Assembly (NCBI GenBank): GCA_009914755.4
Contig: CP068257.2
Coordinates: 10,816,001 to 10,880,000 of the forward strand
DNA from: the human T2T-CHM13v2.0 reference genome, Homo sapiens
DNA length: 64,000 nucleotides
Direction: 5' to 3'
Below are positions 62,636 to 64,000 of this stretch, one piece after another (positions within the stretch are counted from its first letter, which is position 1; the number at the start of each line of letters is the position of its first letter). Under the pieces are notes generated by a model. It made no database searches, was not told the origin of the DNA, and saw only the letters and a list, made by a program, of their open reading frames with translations. A program made the translations under genes and the position numbers.

Positions 62636-64000
62636 GAACTACATATTATATACAGTATATAAAATGTCAAAGTACCCAAACTCTATATTATATACTGTAC
62701 ATAATATATCAAAGTACCCGAATATATAGCATACTGTACATAAAATATCAAAGTACCCAAAGTGTGTATTATACACTGCACATAAAATATGAAGGTACAT
62801 AAAATATATATTCTATTCTGTACATAGAATATCAAAGTACTCCAAATATATATTATATGCTGTACATAATATATTAAAGTTGCCCAAATATATATTATAT
62901 ACTGTACATAAAATATGAAGGTACATCAAATATATAGTATATGCTGCACATAAAATATCAAAGTACCCAAAGTATGTATTATATACTGTACATAAAATAT
63001 CAAAGTACCCAAAGTATATATTATATACTGTACATAAAATATAAAATACCCCAAATATATATTATATGCTGTACATAAAATATCAAAGTACACAAAATAT
63101 GTATTATGTACTGTGCATACAATATCAAAGGACCCAAAATATATATTATATACTGTACATAAAATATCAAAATACCCAAAATATATATTATATACCCTAC
63201 ATAAAATACCAAAGTACCCAAAGTATATATTATATACCGTACAAAAAATATCAAAGTAGCCAAAATATGTATTGTACACTGTACATAATATATGAAAGTA
63301 CCCAAACATTTATAATAAACTGTACATAAAATATCAATGTACTCAAACTATATATTATGTTCGGTACATAAGATATCAAAGTACCCATACTATATAGTAT
63401 GTACTGTACTTAAAATATCAAAATACCCAAAATATATATTATATACGTTACATAAACTATCAAATACACAAAGTATGTATTATATACTGTACATAAAATA
63501 GCAAAGTTCCCAAAATATGTATTATATACTGTACATAACATATGAAAGTACCCAACCATTTATAGTAAACTCTACATAAAATAACAAAGTACCCAAACTG
63601 TGTATTATATACTGTCCATAAATTATCAAAGTACCCAAAATATATATTGTAAACTGTACATAAAATATCAAAGTAGCCAAAATGTATATTGTATACTGTA
63701 CATAAAATATAAACGTACCCCAAATATATATTATATACTGTACATAAAATATCAAAGTACCCATAATACATATTATATACTGTACATAAAATATCAAAGG
63801 ACCCAAAATAAACATTATATACTGTACATAAAATATCCAAATACTCAAAATGTATATTACATACTGTACATAAAATATCAAAGTACCCAAATTATGTATT
63901 ATATACTGTAAGTAAAATATCAGAGTACCCAAAATATGCATTATATACTGTACATAAAATATGAAAGTAACAAAACCTTTATAATAAACTCTACATAAAA
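62636..64000 (+). repeat. Long-range duplicated block B, copy 2 (truncated by the window end)
   Basis: See copy 1 at 35036-36420. Blocks A and B are contiguous here at 62620/62636, but about 1.63 kb apart in the first occurrence. Confidence 0.65.

Larger units (their letters stand above)
2133..64000 (+). repeat. Human satellite I (HSat1A / 'SAR'-type) 42-bp tandem array, about 1,470 monomers, truncated by the window end
   Basis: Seen: the unit 'ctgtacataaaatatcaaagtacccaaactatatattatata' (42 bp) repeats head-to-tail from 2133 to the end of the window. The ORF track shows a strict 14-aa (42-nt) period such as '...YILYIKYQSTQSI...'. Established, recalled from memory: classical human satellite I is a 42-bp repeat of alternating 17-bp A ('ACATAAAATATCAAAGT') and 25-bp B ('ACCCAAATATATATTATATACTGT') units, about 79% AT. 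I cannot distinguish from sequence alone which chromosome it comes from (acrocentric p-arms, chr3/chr4 pericentromere and others). Confidence 0.85.
15550..64000 (+). repeat. HSat1 domain organised as a ~3.30-kb higher-order repeat (about 79 monomers) with multiple length variants
   Basis: Seen: the landmark 'cacctattatatattgtgtactgtacataatatattaaatcaccc' is spaced 3302, 3098, 2176, 3307... apart (17389, 20691, 23789, 25967, 29274, 33612, 36629, 38721, 42113, 44419, about 51170, 53849, 57153, 59542). The landmark 'tgtgcggtacataagatatcaaagtacccatactatatagtat' or its tcgg variant sits at 19828, 22926, 25478, 28419, 32752, 35764, 41259, 43554, 49309, 50219, 52984, 56291, 58677, 61983, 63361, with spacings of 3098, 3306-3307, 3012, 2386, 1378 and others. 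Translated copies 19989..20408, 23087..23506 and 28570..28989 differ by 0-2 of 139 aa. Confidence 0.6.

Noticed and set aside
2133-64000. Regular short repeats that could superficially suggest a CRISPR array or other prokaryotic repeat system
   Set aside because: The repeats are contiguous with no unique spacers. The monomer is 42 bp and AT-rich with higher-order structure. An Alu SINE is present, so the DNA is primate. No cas-like ORFs are present.
2133-64000. Alpha satellite, HSat2/3 or beta satellite
   Set aside because: The period is 42 bp, not 171 bp or 68 bp. No CENP-B box (TTCGTTGGAAACGGGA) is present. No (CATTC)n or (GGAAT)n is present. The monomer matches the satellite I A+B structure instead.
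1294-64000. Assignment to the Y-chromosome DYZ2 / HSat1B composite repeat (Alu plus AT-rich unit)
   Set aside because: Only one Alu is present, at the array edge. No Alu recurs once per about 2.4 kb inside the array, and the HOR here is about 3.3 kb of pure 42-bp monomers. Chromosome of origin cannot be determined from this window alone.
1-64000. tRNA, rRNA, snRNA or other structured ncRNA genes, promoters and terminators
   Set aside because: No GC-rich structured segments or recognisable RNA-gene motifs occur outside the Alu. The satellite is too AT-rich and repetitive to support such calls from sequence alone.

Overview
This window has no credible protein-coding or RNA genes. It is the edge of a large, very AT-rich satellite array from a hominid, most likely human, pericentromeric or acrocentric heterochromatin region.

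Layout, 5' to 3':
- 1-730: TA-rich low-complexity block.
- 731-1293: a ~560-bp island of unique sequence.
- 1294-1586: a CpG-decayed Alu SINE with poly(A) tail, plus strand, lacking its first ~10 bp.
- 1587-2132: a second TA-rich low-complexity block.
- 2133-64000: an uninterrupted ~61.9-kb tandem array of a 42-bp monomer, about 1,470 copies, running off the window end.

The monomer reads 'ACATAAAATATCAAAGT' plus 'ACCCAAACTATATATTATATACTGT'. This is the classical 17-bp A plus 25-bp B structure of human satellite I (HSat1A, the 'SAR' type). I recall that consensus from memory.

The array is not uniform.
- The first ~4 kb holds diverged monomers.
- About 6-15.5 kb shows short, irregular higher-order periodicities.
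- From about 15.5 kb onward it is organised into a ~3.30-kb higher-order repeat of roughly 79 monomers. Copies are about 99% identical to one another, while neighbouring monomers differ by 10-25%.
- Copy spacing is mostly ~3.3 kb, but many intervals depart from it (0.9, 1.4, 2.3-2.9, 4.3, 5.5-5.8 and 7.35 kb).
- There is a 631-bp tandem duplication (about 2.4 copies, 15775-17300).
- There is a perfect 532-bp triplication (47425-49015).
- Blocks 27.6-29.2 kb apart are near-identical: 30.6-33.4 kb matches 59.8-62.6 kb, and 35.0-36.4 kb matches 62.6-64.0 kb. The two pairs are separated by a 1.63-kb indel whose ends lie in homologous monomers. That is the signature of unequal crossing-over.

All supplied ORFs inside the array are translation artefacts of a 14-codon periodic sequence that rarely generates stop codons. 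I found no evidence for a novel gene system here. What is worth recording is the satellite's structure.
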